Assembly: GCF_009914755.1 (NCBI RefSeq)
Contig: NC_060947.1
Length of the DNA stretch: 64,000 nt
Strand: one strand, 5' to 3'
Source of the DNA: the human T2T-CHM13v2.0 reference genome, Homo sapiens
Position 1 is the first letter of the stretch, and each line of letters starts with the position of its first letter. The notes beneath the pieces were generated by a model. That model was not told where the DNA came from and searched no databases. It saw only the letters and a program-made list of their open reading frames with translations. Both the position numbers and the translations under genes were made by a program. Below are positions 1 through 13,574 of the stretch, piece after piece.

Positions 1-195
1 CTCAGAGTGTCTTCCAAGAGACTCAAGTGGAAGCCAGGAGGCTTCTTATAGCCCAGCCCAGAACATCACTTAGGCCGTATTCTATTAGCCAAGCAAATCA
101 TTAAAGCCCACTCAGGTTCAATGGCAGGGAAATTAAACTCCACCTCTCAATGGGAAGAGTAGCAAATAAATTTTGGCCATGTATAATCTACCATA
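1..195 (-). mobile_element. MLT1 (MaLR) LTR fragment, cut by the window edge
   Basis: Ends in ...actccacctctcaatgggaagag...tggccatgtataatctacca, the reverse complement of a typical MLT1 LTR 5' end. Confidence 0.7.
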
Positions 196-574
196 TCTCA
201 TATTTCAGAGATCAGAGATGGGTTAGCCTTCTCTCACCTCTCTTTTTTCTTACTTCCAACTAACTCCTCCATCCCCTCCAGTTTGGGCCCTGGTTCCATT
301 CCTTCCTTCAAATACCCCTCCCAGTTATGGTAACATCTTATTCTGAATCACTACATCTAATAGAAGTTTTCAGTCTCAGCTTATTGATTTCAGCAACATT
401 TGGCATGTTGCCCAATCCCTTTTTCTTTGGTTTCCATAACACAACATTCCTGGTTTTCTTTTTCCTACATCTGTGGCCATATCTTATTCCCTTTGTAGGC
501 TCAGCCTCCTCTAACTGGCCCATTACATATTGAATTCCAGGAAGCAGGGTCACAGGGTCTCTTGTACTTTAGAT

Positions 575-777
575 CAGGAGGGATACAAATTACACCCCAC
601 AGGCTAGCACCTATTTTTTGTAAATAAAGTTTCAGTGGAACAGAATCAGGTCCATTTATGTATGCATTGTCTATGGCTGCTTTTAAGCTACAGAGGTAAA
701 ATGGCAGAGACTGTATGGTCTGTTAGCCTATAATATTTACTATTTGGCCCTGTACTGCAAATGTTTGCCCACCCCTC
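575..777. mobile_element. MER58A-like hAT-Charlie MITE
   Basis: Core ttttgtaaataaagttt...cattgtctatggctgctttt...aatatttactatttggccc...gtttgcccaccc matches recalled MER58 and resembles the copy at 43244. Confidence 0.8.
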
Positions 778-786
778 CTCTAGAAC

Positions 787-979
787 CAGTGGTTTTCAAG
801 GTGTGGTCCCTGGATCAGCAGCATTCATGTCCCCTGGAACACGTCAGAAATGCAAATTCTTGAGCCCCTCCCAAGACCTGCTGAATCAGAAACTCTGGCT
901 GTGGGGCCCAGCTACCTATGTGTTTGTTTACAAAGCCTTCCAGGTGACTCCAATACATGCTCATATTTGAGAATCACTG
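787..979. mobile_element. MER5A hAT-Charlie MITE
   Basis: Terminal inverted repeats cagtggttttcaa...ttgagaatcactg; internal agaaatgcaaattct and ctgaatcagaaactctg; TCTAGA target motif on the left flank. Confidence 0.88.
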
Positions 980-1284
980 CTCCAAATAGTAAGAAAATCA
1001 AGGAAAGAGCCAGACATACTGAAGGTTGGAAGCAACCACCACATCTGCCATATTTGAGTTGAGGTGGTGGAGGCTGAGCACCCCTGTCTACTGGTAGGAT
1101 CTGCATCAGCCCAGGGCTAGAAGCAGCAGCTATGGCAAAACCACTGGCCTATGGGTGTTTCCTTTTTTCTGTAGAGTGGGTGAAGGTTTAGGAGCTCCGA
1201 GCAGGACCCCAGCTCTGTGGCCTAAGGGGATTGTTTTTTAACTTAGGATTACTTTTGTAACTTCAAATGTGACCTAAAAAAATA

Positions 1285-1800
1285 AGCATTATAAGTTTTT
1301 ATTTTCCTGTTATGTGCTAAGCACCATGTAAAGCACTTTGTATATTTTATATATACATGTTTAACCATTGTAACATACTAACAGAGAGCATAAGTCCTAA
1401 ACTCAAGCTTCTGGCTTCCAATTCAGGCCTTGTTGCTTTATAGTTACATACTCCTGGCCAAGTTACTTACCCACTCTCTGTTTCTAACATGATTAACTAT
1501 AAAATATGGTCAATGGCTGTATCCACCTTATAGAGTTGTTATGAGAATCAATGCATCTAAAGTGCTTAGATCACTTCCTGGCAAATAGTAAGTATTTAAT
1601 CAATTAGCTATTTGTATTATCTTATTTAATTTTCGTATCAGTACCCCAAGGTAGATATCATTGCCCCCAGTTTACAGGTAATCTCTCTGGGCCTTTGATT
1701 CCTTGGGCTAAATTTTTGAGGTCACACATCTGTAAGTTTCAGAACCAGGATTCAAAGACAGGTTGTTTAAAAGCCAATGATCAAGCTCTTAACCACAATA
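1285..1800. mobile_element. Cluster of MIR SINE fragments in both orientations
   Basis: MIR-like ggccaagttacttacccactctctg and aagtgcttagatcacttcctggcaaatagtaagtat on +, with a reverse copy ending ccaggattcaaagacagg...ctcttaaccac. Confidence 0.65.
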
Positions 1801-1801
1801 G

Positions 1802-1836
1802 ACACACACACATGCACACACATGCACACACACACA
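1802..1836. repeat. Interrupted (CA)n microsatellite
   Basis: acacacacacatgcacacacatgcacacacacaca seen directly. Confidence 0.85.
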
Positions 1837-3375
1837 ATTTACATCTTTCTGGAAATTAGTTTCTTTTGGTAGCCATATTTCCACACAGTTGTGTTAATAT
1901 TTAAAATATTGATCAAATCTTAAAAAAACTAGAAATTCTTTAAAATGTCACATATAATTTAATTTCTTTTATTTCATTTCAAATAGCTTGCCAAACATAT
2001 TGAACATGTTTTGATAATTTGGCATTAGTTACTGTTACACTGATCAATGTATATTAGCTAATGTAGAAATTGGTGATGCATAACATATGAGAGTCTGCCA
2101 TTCAACCCTTAACAGCTCTTTTCTTGACAAATTCCTTTGTAGCAGTTTTTTAAATTATTATTTGCAGTTTTCTCACAAAGTAAAACATATACTCCTGTGT
2201 GGCCCCTTTGCTTACTTTTCACAAAATCAGTTAGTAAAACAAAGACGAGGACATCCTTCTCCAAAGTGGTTTTCTTACCTTCTAGAAAATCCTTCAAGTT
2301 TTTTAATCTTGGTAACAGCATTCTAATTCTTTTCAGTACAGTTAAAAATAAAATTTCATCACTATGGAAAATGGAACATGTTCAGTCGCTAACAATGTTA
2401 CCTCACTTGCATATTGAGAGCATGAGGCAGGGCAAGGGGCATCTCTGGCATTTTGGCCATTTTAGAAAGTCATGCTGTAAGGTTATATGGAGGACTTGGT
2501 TTGAACTTCATTTGTTTTTTATGTGGAGAGAAAGACACCTAAACTGAATGGTACATTGGCTGAACCAGCATTTGTGAAGAACCAGGCAATCAGTTAAGTG
2601 TTTGCAATACACAGATAAATAAGACACAGTTCTTGCCTAAAGAAAATTCGAATCCAGAGGTAAGACATCACAGTGGGGTAAAGTGAAGGACTGGAGGGGA
2701 CTTCAGATGCAGATGAAAGAGAATCTTCTGCAGGAGCCTCAGTGAAGGTATTTTGGAGATGAGATTTGGATGAGTGGGAATAGCCATAGGAAAACTGGAG
2801 GGTAAGAAATCAGGTAAAGGAGGCAGCACAAGCAAAGGTATGGGTTTAAGAAATCCCATGATATAGGTAGAGCACCATCATTACTGGAGCCATCTATATG
2901 AAAACGTGCGTGTGGCAGGAGAGAGAGCAGGAGAGGTCGGAAGGGACATCCTTGTCATGGAGGCCCTAGTATGTAGTGGCAGGCAAATGATGTTCAATGT
3001 GTGAGCTTGATATTTCTTATCTCACAGATGTATCTCCATTGCCAGTCTGGGAATTGTCTTGTCCATTCTGAGCAGATTTTATTTCTACTTTGTATATTGG
3101 CTTTTATTCCTTGATCTCTGTACTTATTTCTTCCACCATATTCACTTATCTCTGTATCTTCCCTTTTGCATTCTGGCAGAATTATTAAGCTTTCTATTTA
3201 CATTAGGGATTCGATTTTCTTCTGAGTCATTTTTGATAGCTATTTTCTCCAATGCAGGTTTTTAATTCCATTACTACCTTTTTGATTATTTTGTCATTTA
3301 TTTCACATAAAACATGCTTTCTTTTTATCTGATCCCATTGTTTTTTCCTGTTGCAGGTCTGTTCTAGATTAACAT

Positions 3376-3730
3376 TGCTATGGTTTGAATATGTCCCCTC
3401 CAAAAGTTATGTTGAAACTTAATACCCATTGTGGCGGTATTAAGAGGAGGGCCTTTGGGGAAGTGATTACGTCATGAGGGCTCTGCCCTCATGAATGGAT
3501 TAAAATCCTCATAGAAGAAGCTTCAGAGAGAGCTTTGTCATTTTTGCCCTTTCACCTTTGGCCATGTGAGGACGCAGCAAAGAAGCCCTCGTCAGATACC
3601 GACTGCTGGTTCCTTGACCTTGGACTTTCCAGCCTCCAGAACTGTGAGAAATAAATTTTTGTGGTTTACAAATTACCAAGTTTTCGGTATTTCATTACAG
3701 AAGCACATTAAGCACAGAAGGATTAAGACA
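3376..3730 (+). mobile_element. Solo MaLR LTR (MSTD/MLT1A-like)
   Basis: TG...CA termini (tgctatggtttgaat...ttaagaca); core ggactttccagcctccagaactgtgagaaataaat; perfect 5-bp TSD AACAT at 3371-3375 and 3731-3735. Confidence 0.9.
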
Positions 3731-4194
3731 AACATTAACAAAAATTTTATGAATTTTATTGAGATTAAAGTAGAAATTTCCTTAACATGTTCTTTCAGTT
3801 TCTGCAGTGATTTCACCAAGTGTTTTCCTTTCTTCTAAACTAACAGGGAATTAACTTCTCTGTAAGTAGAATAGAATGATTCCCAGGCCCTGAATTGTCA
3901 ATTGTTTTGTTTCTAATCATACCAAATGAGGAGAAATCTATACTGGCCCCTGTTTATAACAGGTAGAGGCTTGATCACCCTAAAGCTAAGAGAACCCCCT
4001 TCTTGGCCATAAAGGCAGGTGCTAGTTTTATCTGCAAAATCCAAAGCTTGAAATTCATTGCTCTGTGTTAAATTTTTACAGATTTGCTGAGCTGGAGTGG
4101 AAACTTTTTCTCTTCAACTGTTTCATTTTTTGACTCTGTAGAATGCATGAGTGATGATGGTGTTGAAGAAAGAGAAGGAAGATGGCAGAAGTAA

Positions 4195-4435
4195 ATAATC
4201 TTGACTACTCTACCAGGCACTTTTCTAAGATCTTTAATTACTTATCTCATTTTATTCTCTTAAGAACTCTTTGAAGTAGCTACTATTCTTGCCCCATGTT
4301 ACTTATAAGGGAACTAAGGTATGGATAGATTAAATAACTCAAAATCTTGCAACAAGTAGTAAGAAGAGGTCAGACTACTCCAGGTCTGTCTGATTCCAAA
4401 GTCCATGCTCTTGATCTTTATGCAATGCTCTATTC
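4195..4435 (-). mobile_element. MIR SINE
   Basis: ccaggcacttttctaag...gggaactaagg...ccaggtctgtctgattccaaagtccatgctct, typical antisense MIR. Confidence 0.7.
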
Positions 4436-4713
4436 TATATAGGCTCTTTCTTGAATAGGTTGGTGCATGCCAATCTACCCCTGACCTCTGAATATAGCTT
4501 GCTTAGCCCCAGAGGACATTTCAGGATTCAATGATCCATCATTTCTACTGCTTTCAACTGCTCATCATGTTGCACATAGAACTCTGTGTCTACTGTAGCT
4601 TTGTGCTTGGAGCTAGAGGCAGAGAGTCCAGTGGCCCTAATCTCCTTCCACTGACTTCTTAAATGTGTTATTCTGTTTAGAGTTTGGGCATGCTTTGGCT
4701 AGTGCTTGTGGGG

Positions 4714-4862
4714 TTTTTTTTTCTTTTTAAAAAAATTTTTAAAATAGAGATGGGATCTCACTGTGTTGCCCAGGCTGGTCTCGAACTCCTGGGCTCAAGT
4801 GATGCTCTTGTTTCGTCCTCCCAAAATGTTGGGATTACAGGTGTGAGCCACCATGCCCGGCC
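4714..4862 (-). mobile_element. Alu monomer (FLAM_C-like)
   Basis: Single arm of about 130 bp, gagatgggatctcactgtgttgcccaggctggtctcgaactcctgggctcaag...gagccaccatgcccggcc, with a T-rich tail. Confidence 0.88.
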
Positions 4863-5079
4863 ATGATTGTTTCTTAATTCATACTTATGTGATATAGTTA
4901 ATGAAAATTTCTTCCCGCTTCCACACTGTACTGGACTCTCCTCCTTGGTTTATTTTGTTATCTTATTGTAATTATTAATCTATTGTGCTACCACAATTTT
5001 TCCCTTTTGTTATCATATATTTTTTAAGGGAATATGAGAAAAGATGGAATCCAAAACCTTTAGCTAGCTATCATTTTTT

Positions 5080-5356
5080 GTTTGTTTGTTTTTTGTTTGC
5101 TTGTTTGTTTTGTGACAGGGTCTTGCTCCGTTGCCCAGACTGGAGTGCAGTGTGCAGTCACTCACAGCAGCCTCAACCTCCCAGGCTCAAGTGACCCTCC
5201 CAAGTAGCTGGGACCACAGGCATGTGCCATTATTATTTGTAGGACGGGGTTTTGCCACGTTGTCCAGATTGGTCTCAAACTCCTGAGTTCAAGTGATCTG
5301 CTGGCCTCTGTCTCCCAAAATACTGGGATCACAGGCATGAGCCACCATGCCCAGTT
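5080..5356 (-). mobile_element. AluJ-type SINE
   Basis: Two-arm Alu with a (TTTG)n tail; TSD gctagctatcatttttt at 5063-5079 and 5357-5373. Confidence 0.92.
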
Positions 5357-5726
5357 GCTAGCTATCATTTTTTTATGCCAAACCTCCACTCTCTTTTCAA
5401 TGTTTAATTTAAAATAATATCTTAGAAGAAACATTAAGAATTGCTGTCTTTGATGCTATAGGCATATTGATATTCATTCAAATTAACAAATGTTTATTAA
5501 GTACTAGGAATGTGCAAAGTGCAGTGATCAGCAATTTGGGGATATAGATACAGAGAAATCATAATTCTTACTTTCAGGTGCCTCGTGAGAGAAACAGGTA
5601 TATCTATGATTCACTATGTCTTTTTTAATGTCCTGTATGACACTCTAATGTAACAAAATGTTATGGGAACCCAGGAGGAGAAGGAATTATTTGCTGCAGG
5701 GTTACTGGAAAAGGACTTCCAGGATA

Positions 5727-6130
5727 TCTTAGCTTGAATTCCCCTGGAAGCATGTATCAAGAGTAGTATTTGGGCACAGGGTTTATTTGGAAGGTGATTT
5801 AGGAAGTCAAGCAGACTGCACTAATAAGCAGCTTACTGTTATGGGCAACGGGGGCTCATTCCTACTGGGGACCTCAGGGAGATAGTTAAGAATAAACCTG
5901 AGTGTTGTTCTTCTTGAGGTGGGCAGAGGAAAATGAAATTTTTATTTACCAAATTTTATGTATCGCTGTTTGAGGGCTTTGCCAGGGATGTTAACTTTCC
6001 AGTACTTCTCACCTGTCCCACATGTGGGCTGAGTCTGTGTTTGTGCAGCCAGTGAAAGGCCTCAGACAAAGAGTTATAAACTTGAGTAGTGCATGGAAAC
6101 AGGATTTGGCTGAGACACAGACAGCATCTG
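5727..6130 (-). mobile_element. Ancient ERVL-class LTR (LTR16/LTR67-like) within an L2 fragment
   Basis: cttagcttgaattcccctggaagc...gtttatttggaaggtgatt start resembles 13746-14200; L2-like sequence on both flanks. Confidence 0.45.
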
Positions 6131-7524
6131 CTTCACTGGAGGAGGTGGCATTTAAATTGAACCTTGGATGATGAGAAGGTTTTTCAGCAAGTCGTGATAT
6201 GGGTGGGGGTAAGCATTTCAGCATGTAAGAGTAGGACGGACAAGGCAGCATTTGTGTGGTCCATGGCAAATAATAATAAAGCACCAAAGTTTGAAAATGA
6301 TTCACATTTTTAAAATTAGAGAAAATTCAAGGTTATCCCTATAAATATTCATTCTCACTCCCTTGCTTTGAGTGGGAAGGAACGTAGCTCTCAAGAGTTT
6401 GCTCAGAGGGAATCGTGCTTCACCAGCAGCCTGTCTCCTTTAGTTAATATCTAGGTTGCTTTGACTTATTACGTTGTTTTACTTCTCGGCAGAATTTTGG
6501 GGTTCTGTCCAAATGTGGGCATGACTATGTGAATTGTGTTGTTGTATATGGGGGATGTCATTACTTACATGCGTCACAATGGGGAGAAGGTTAAGAATTG
6601 CTGATACAAGGCTTGGTGATGTGGCAGGCAGGTATAAGGAAGAAAAAATAATCCAGTGGTTGGAGCATAGGTTGTAGTGTATGGGGATGGGAACTGAGGG
6701 TGGATGAGGAAGGGAAAGGTGAGGTGGTATATCCTTATATATCTATATATATTTATCTATATGTATAAATATATTCCTAACTTAATATTTGGGCTAATAT
6801 TTGGTGAGTGTTTTAAATTCAGCATCTCTAAAATAATGAAGAGAGGCTACACATCACAGGAGTGAAAATGAGTCATGTGAATTTTCCTTTTACTTGCATG
6901 TAGAATGAGGAGAAATATCGAACCATATTATCTACTTCACAAGGTGCAATTGCTCCCTGCTAATAAAATCCATGTGAGGTTTCACTTCAACCTTAGAGAA
7001 TATTGAAATTTTTGACAAGGCAGGTTATTAGTAGGTTGAGAGTCTGCAACAAAATTTGCACCTGTTTGAAAATGCTTCATTCTGGACAGGCAGCTGACAT
7101 CTCTGGTAATTCGGTAATTCACACCTGTGAGCTCCTGAAGCTTTGGAAAACTGAGTAAAAGCAACACCACATCACTGCAGTACTTATCCCGCATTTCCCA
7201 TGGGGCACAAGGCTATCAACTGTGAGCAGGTGAGGCTTATTTAAAACATCTTCATTTCTAGTTTGCATAACACGGAATAGAGTATTGCATGCCATATGAG
7301 TACATGGAATACTGAATACATAGAATACTTGTATAAGAACTAGCCTTGTTTCCATAGACTATCATAGAAGTAGAAATGACATTCTTCTGAGGGCTGTTAA
7401 TAAACAGTGACAGTGCATAGAAATTCTGTTTAGAGAGAAAGACAAAAAAAAAAGGATGAGCTTTGTTTCAAAAATAATGTCAAAGATGAAGGATAGTTCT
7501 TAAGACTCCATAGTTTGTTTTTTG

Positions 7525-7532
7525 TACTATTT

Positions 7533-7565
<33 letters not shown>

Positions 7566-7640
7566 TGAGACATGGTCTCGCTCTGTTACCCAGGCTGAAG
7601 TGCATTGGTGCGATCATAGCTTACTGCAGCCTCAAACTCT
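7525..7640 (-). mobile_element. 5'-truncated AluJ (3' ~80 bp plus T tail)
   Basis: Poly-T followed by gagacatggtctcgctctgttacccaggctg...cactgcagcctc-like sequence, then an abrupt end. Confidence 0.85.
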
Positions 7641-9119
7641 ACTTTCAAAGTTCAGCATCTTCTGTGGTAAGAGGAAGTTTTATGGCATTTCCATTCCAGT
7701 TGTCTACCCCACAGTGCTGCTCTTATCCCACTCCTGCTTGGCAGCTCCATGGCTTCAGGTTGAACATCTCAGCCCCCTGAGCATTATTCAGCTGTTTCTC
7801 CTTTATGAAAGCCAGTGGCAAGTTTGCACTGGGACCAGCCACACTTCCCTTTGATAACCTCTCTTTCTGTTCATCACTGTATCTCCACACAAGGTAAAAA
7901 GGATGGGATACATTTTACTGACGGATTGGGAAAAAAAAATTATGATGGAGAAAACTTCAAAATCAGTGCTATAGCATGATTTTTTTCCCACAAGTTTTTG
8001 AGACAAACTGGTAAATTAAACCTCTCACAGGGAAATTGCCAATTTTATCTCTGTTTCTGACTTGCTTTTCCCCATTCAGTCTATCAAAAAGAGAAAGAGA
8101 AGTATTTTTCTATTTTCTCTGTAATTTTTAAGTTCTGTCATTCAAATGAAATATTAATTTTCCATTAGCATTCAAAGAGTGCTGAAGTCATCTCTTTTAT
8201 CCTTCACCACTGCTCCCCACCTCCTCCATGACTGTTGGCAATAATAAATAGGCCCCTTACTGAGTTTTTTTGCCCTTTATTAGCTATTTTCTTAGCTACC
8301 AATAGAGAAACTTGAGATTATCACCTTATTAGCCAATGACTTTAATTTTCTCCACCCATTCTCTTGTTTTTGAGGAGAGAAGAGGGAGGAGAGATTATTT
8401 GTTAATTTTTTTAAAAATAAGATAATGTAAAGGTCTTTTGGAGTGATTTTGAACAATACTGTTGTTTTCTAAACTTTAAATATTCAGTGAACTCTATTGT
8501 AAAAACTGGTCATAGACTCCTACACTACCCCATCCATTTTCTCTCACCTTCTGACACATATTCTACTGTGGCTCTTATTTCATTGGCTTAGACATACCTA
8601 TTCATTGGTCTCCTCCTGGGTGCAATGTCAGAGACCATAGCACATTTGTTTTGGTTCCTCTGAAGTCCTGTATCGAGAAAGGCAAATAACAGGTAATAAA
8701 TAAATGGTTGTTGAATATATTTGTATCCAATCTGCCAACTCACCTTCTGAAGCAGTTCCATTTAACAAATTCTAAAACAATGACATTCATATTTTGGAAA
8801 GCTTCCAGAAACCTGTTTCAATATTTGCTACCAAGGAGAAATGGGAAAGGAGAGAAGAAGATCAACATTTATGAAATATCAACTCTGTATCACATATAAG
8901 TATAACATACCTCGTCTCTTTTATTCTTTAAAACAGTTCTATTAGGTAAGATCTACTAATCTCCATTTTTCCAACAAGGAAATTGGGGTACATAAAAATT
9001 CTGGAGGTCATGGGTTATCATGAGACAAAACCAAGATGCAAACCTGAGACTGTCTGTTTCCAAGGCCCAGATTCTTTCCACCTTACTTCTTAATCATTGC
9101 CTAGCGAAGAAAGAAAGTA

Positions 9120-9560
9120 GACTTGACTCTTGAACAGCATGGTTTTGAACTGTGAGTGTCCACTTAGATGCAGATTTTCTTCTGTCTCTGCCATCCCTGA
9201 GACAGCAAGACTAACCCTTCCTCTTCCTCTTTCTCCTCAGCCTTCTCAACATAAAGATAAGGATGAAGACCTTTATAATGAACCACTTCCACTTAATAAA
9301 TGCTTTTTTGTTCTTATAATAACATTTCTTAATAACATTTTTTTCTCTAGCTTATTTCATTGTCAGAACACAGCATATAATACACATAATATACAAAATA
9401 ACGAAATATGTATCAATCGACTATTTATGTTATGGGTAAGGCTTCCAGTGAACAGTGGGCTATGAGTAGCTATGGTTTGGGGAGTCAAAAGTTATACATG
9501 GATTTTTGACTTCATGGGGGATCAGTCCCGCTAACCCCTGAGCTGTTCAAGGGTCAACTG
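9120..9560 (+). mobile_element. Tigger2a (MER28) TcMar-Tigger non-autonomous DNA transposon
   Basis: Terminal inverted repeats gacttgactcttgaacagc / gctgttcaagggtcaactg, both flanked by TA; about 440 bp; internal gatgaagacctttat. Confidence 0.9.
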
Positions 9561-9684
9561 TATTCGTTTCCACACCTCATTGACAGATCAATTTACTTGA
9601 TGCTTTATTTTTGCCCAAATCCTGTCAGTCATTCCCCTTTGTCTAACAGAGTTCATACAACACAGCCTGAATAGCAAGGCAGTA

Positions 9685-9895
9685 CATCCCAGTGGTAAAC
9701 AAGTTATGTGGGCTTCTGTGTCAGTGATAATGGGAACTCTATAATTTCTTACTTGATCTCATAAAACTATTCTGTTAAATGGGCATAATAATAGTATCTA
9801 CTTCACAACAAAGTTTTTTGAAAATCAAGTGATATAATACATATGAAATGCTCAGCACAGTACACAGTAAGGACTTGATAAATATAAGCTGGTAC
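9685..9895 (+). mobile_element. MIR SINE
   Basis: aaatgggcataataatagtatctacttcac...gctcagcacagtacacagtaag. Confidence 0.6.
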
Positions 9896-9949
9896 CACTA
9901 TGTGTTGTCCTTGTTGTTGTTAATATAACTTTACCATACCCTTCCTTAC

Positions 9950-10245
9950 TTTTTTTTTTTTTTTGAGATGGTGTTTTGATCTGCCACCAAGACTGGGGTG
10001 CAGTGGCATGATCATGGCTCACCGCAGCCTCAACCTCCTGGCTCAAGCAATCCTCCCACCTCAGCCTTCGGAGTAGCTAAGACCACAGGCATGCACCACC
10101 ATGCTCAGCTAATTTTTTTTATTTTTGTGGAGACAGAGTTTCACCATGTTGCCCAAGCTGGTCTCAAACTCCTGGGCTCAAGAGACCCACCCACCTAGGC
10201 CTCCTCAAGTGCTAGTATTACAGGCATGAGCCACCGGGCCCAGCC
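9950..10245 (-). mobile_element. AluJ-type SINE
   Basis: Full dimeric Alu; imperfect 15-bp TSD catacccttccttac (9935-9949) / catatccttcctttc (10246-10260). Confidence 0.92.
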
Positions 10246-10459
10246 CATATCCTTCCTTTCTAACCTTTGGTTTTTCCTATAAAAGTGCTCCATAGCACAA
10301 ACTTGCCTCCAGCTGGGCTGGGTTCCCCAAGCTGTGCCAAACTCTATGATTATCCTTGCCTTTATTCTTTGGCTTAAACTAACACCTCTTCCTCTCCATC
10401 TGCTCATGCAAATCCAATCAATTTTCTCTCTCAGGCAAAGCTGGTACTCCAAATAGCCA

Positions 10460-12040
10460 TCCTGTGGATGTTGGCTTCTTTCCCAAGCTACCCTGTGGGA
10501 GAGTGCTCAATGTGCAAAGTGGCTATGGCATCAGGAATGGGGGTTACACATGGGCTTCACAATGCTGACTTTGCCTGACTAATGCTAGTCCAGCTACCAC
10601 CACTATTGAATGTCTGCTTGACAACATCAGAAATAAAGTTGAGCCCTGTTAGGACATTATTTTCTGAGGATGAAGTTGTGAGGAGTCGGGTCAGGGGAGC
10701 AGGGGAGTCCAGCCAGCTTCTTGGTGGCATATTGATTGATTACATTCAACCTCTTCCAACATGGAGGAAGCAGAAATTTGTCCTCACTGGAATATATATT
10801 CTAAATATGGATTGGCATCCCTGCCCATGATACTATTGCCAGGACCACCATTCATAGATTTATGGAATTCATTATTCACTATATTATTTTGCATAGCAGT
10901 GCTTCTCAACAAATATTGAATTTTTCAGGCAAAGAAATGTGGCTTGGCTTCATGGTCATGAAATTCATTGCCCTTACTATGTGCTCCACTCTTCAGAAGC
11001 AGGTGACCCCACAGAATGTTAGAATAGCCTGTTGAAGATACAGCTATAGTGTCTATTGCAGTAGAAGACTGTATCTTTGTGGTTGGAAAACTGTCCTCAG
11101 GGATATGATATATTTTAAACCAATGACCAATATTGTCACCATTTTCCCATAGCCATAATGCATAGGTCTCAGAACCAAAGGGTGAAGTCAATAGTGATTT
11201 TTCTCATCATTCCACCTAATAATACATTCACTGAATTTTGCCAAAAGTTCCCTCTGGAACTTTTATTTTGGGCCCTGCTGGTTGAGAAGTGTTGATTCCC
11301 CAGGGGGCTTGGGAAGACATTTCTACTAATGGACACAATAATGGTTCTGTTGAACACGAAGCTGAGAGTGCCATCTGATCTTGTTGGTTCCTCAGGCCAC
11401 TAAACTTACTGCAGGCAAAGAAGGGGGTTACTCTACTAGACAGAGTGCTTGATCCTGATTATCAAGGGGAAATTGAATTATTGTACATAATGGGAGCAGA
11501 AAGAACTTTGACTAGAACTCAGCAGGTTTCATAGGACACCATTTCTTTAATTATAAAAGTTAATTGAAGACTACCCAGTTAATGCAGGATCACTAAGGAC
11601 TCAGACTCTTTACAATGAAGATTTGAATCATCCAACCAGCTAAAAGTTTGACCAGGTAAAGTGAAGGGTAATTATAAAAAAAGCATGGAATATGCAATGA
11701 ACAAAAGACCTTCAATTTCCACTATGGATTCGTGTCCAGTTACAGAAACAAGAACTATTACATACTTTGTGCAGTGTGTATATTTGGTTTTTTGCTTGAT
11801 TTATATGCATGTGTGTTTTATCATTCACTTCCCCTTTTCGCACTATTTTGTATAAGCAGTGTTGGTAATACTTAATTTTTAAATTTAGTCTTCAGATATT
11901 AAATACCTCTGTGGGCTTTTTACTGATCTAGAAAAGAAATTAGCCTTTCCAGAAAGGGATATGGTGACTAATAGGATCCTGTATTTCACCCTTTTGGGAA
12001 GAGAATAAGTATACCTTAACTTGTGCAAGAAAGAGTTGTA
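10460..12040 (+). mobile_element. ERV-L internal relic: degraded integrase, dUTPase and 3' internal region
   Basis: ORF 10582-10830 contains IDYIQPLPTWRKQKFVLTGI, resembling ERV-L integrase WQIDYIGPLP..FVLTGID. 11400-11480 translates to AKKGVTLLDRVLDPDYQGEI, a dUTPase motif. dUTPase downstream of integrase is the ERV-L arrangement. Confidence 0.82.
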
Positions 12041-12044
12041 GTGG

Positions 12045-13395
12045 TGATGTCATAAAAATGGTGGAGTAGGAAACTCCAAAAATTGGTTTGTTCATTGAAG
12101 CAAGCATTAAGCAAAACTAAAAGAATCATTTTTTTTTGGAACTCTGGAGTCTAATCAAAATCTTACAGCAACCAGGAAAGTGTTTAATGAAAACAGACAC
12201 TGCTAAATTTTGGTAAGAAAATATTGTGGCATTTTCGCTTGCTCGCCTAACATCTCCCACTTTCCAGCTCGATAGTGGCTGTGGGAACAGCAGCTTGTAT
12301 ACCTGGCATGGTTTGCTGGTGCTGAGATGGGGGACAATATGGATCTCATTCTCAATACATTTTGGTTTTGATCAATCTAGTGTTTCCCTGAGGGACTGGC
12401 ACAGAGACTGACCTTTGTTTGCCACTACCTCCCTGCCCTGAGGCTAGAGCGACGACTTTTTAGGTGACATCTATCAAAAGTATTTCAAAACATACTCTAC
12501 ATGTCTGCCTGGGACAAGGGACAGAAGATGGGGCAAGCAGCAGACAGACCCAAAAGTCTGGGAAGGAAAAGACTAAGGAGGAAATTTCTTCAGGGAATAA
12601 GGGCTCTGAAAGGTTACCACGTGTACTGGGAAATCCAGGGTGCAACATGCATACCCAGGGCCAGATGCATCCTCACAAAAAACTTGAGAGGATTTTAGGC
12701 TTGCACTTCTGGTTAATCTTTGGGCTTTGCACAAGTATGAGGTAAAAGCTGAAGCAGAGTTTTAGGTGGCCTGGCTTAGTGTTGAAGGAGTGCTCCAGCA
12801 CAGAGCCAATCTTCAAAAACTGGGAGAGTAGTTTTTTTCTTTTCCTTTTTGGCTCCAAGTATTTAAAGAAATTTCTGGCAAGTCGACGACTGAATGCTGA
12901 GATAACAACACAGAGACTTCAGAGACCACATACAACAAGAACCTATTGCAAAAAATAGTTTAGAAAAGTCATTAAACCAGTGGACAATTGCAGCCCTCAG
13001 TAATCAATAGCAACAAACCCAGAGGATGGGGAGAATATGATTTACATAGTTACCATTTTATAATATTTGCATTTTCTGGTTTTCAAAAACAATTCAGTGC
13101 ATACAAAGAAATAGGAAAGTATGGCCCATTCAAAGTGATAAAAAAAAAAAAAAGAAATAGACAGAAAGTATTCCTGGGAAAGCCCATACCTTGGACTTAA
13201 TAAAGACTTTAAATTGATTGTCTTAAATATGCTAAAAGAGTTACAGGAAACCATAGACAAAGAACTAAAGGAAACAAGGAGCAAGATGTATGGACGAATA
13301 GAGAATATCAACAAAGAGACAAATTATAAAAAGGAACAAAATAGAAATTCTAGAGGTGAAAGGTACAATTACTGAAATTGAAATTTCACTAAACT
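12045..13395 (+). mobile_element. Old L1M 5' UTR and start of ORF1
   Basis: 5' motif aaaatggtggagtagg; A-rich coiled-coil-coding ORF1 stretch aaagagttacaggaaaccatagacaaagaactaaagg...gaaattctagaggtgaaaggtacaattactgaaattg. Confidence 0.7.
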
Positions 13396-13407
13396 AAATA
13401 AAAAATT

Positions 13408-13574
13408 TACTCTCAGAACTTCCAGAAGGAATAAGTCCTGCTGACACCTTAACTTCAGCCTAGTGAAACTGATTATGGACTTCTGACCCCCACAACTGTG
13501 AAACAATAAATTTATGTTGTTTCAAGCTACTAAATTTGTGGTAACTTGTTATAGCAGCAATAAGCAGTTAGTAC
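13408..13574 (+). mobile_element. MLT1 (C/D-like) LTR 3' fragment
   Basis: cctgctgacaccttaacttcagcctagtgaaactg...aataaatttatgttgtttcaagctactaaatttgtggtaacttgttatagcagcaata. Confidence 0.8.

Noticed and set aside
3473-3494. Inverted repeat tcatgagggc..gccctcatga
   Set aside because: It lies within the MST/MLT1A LTR and resembles the family sequence as I recall it.
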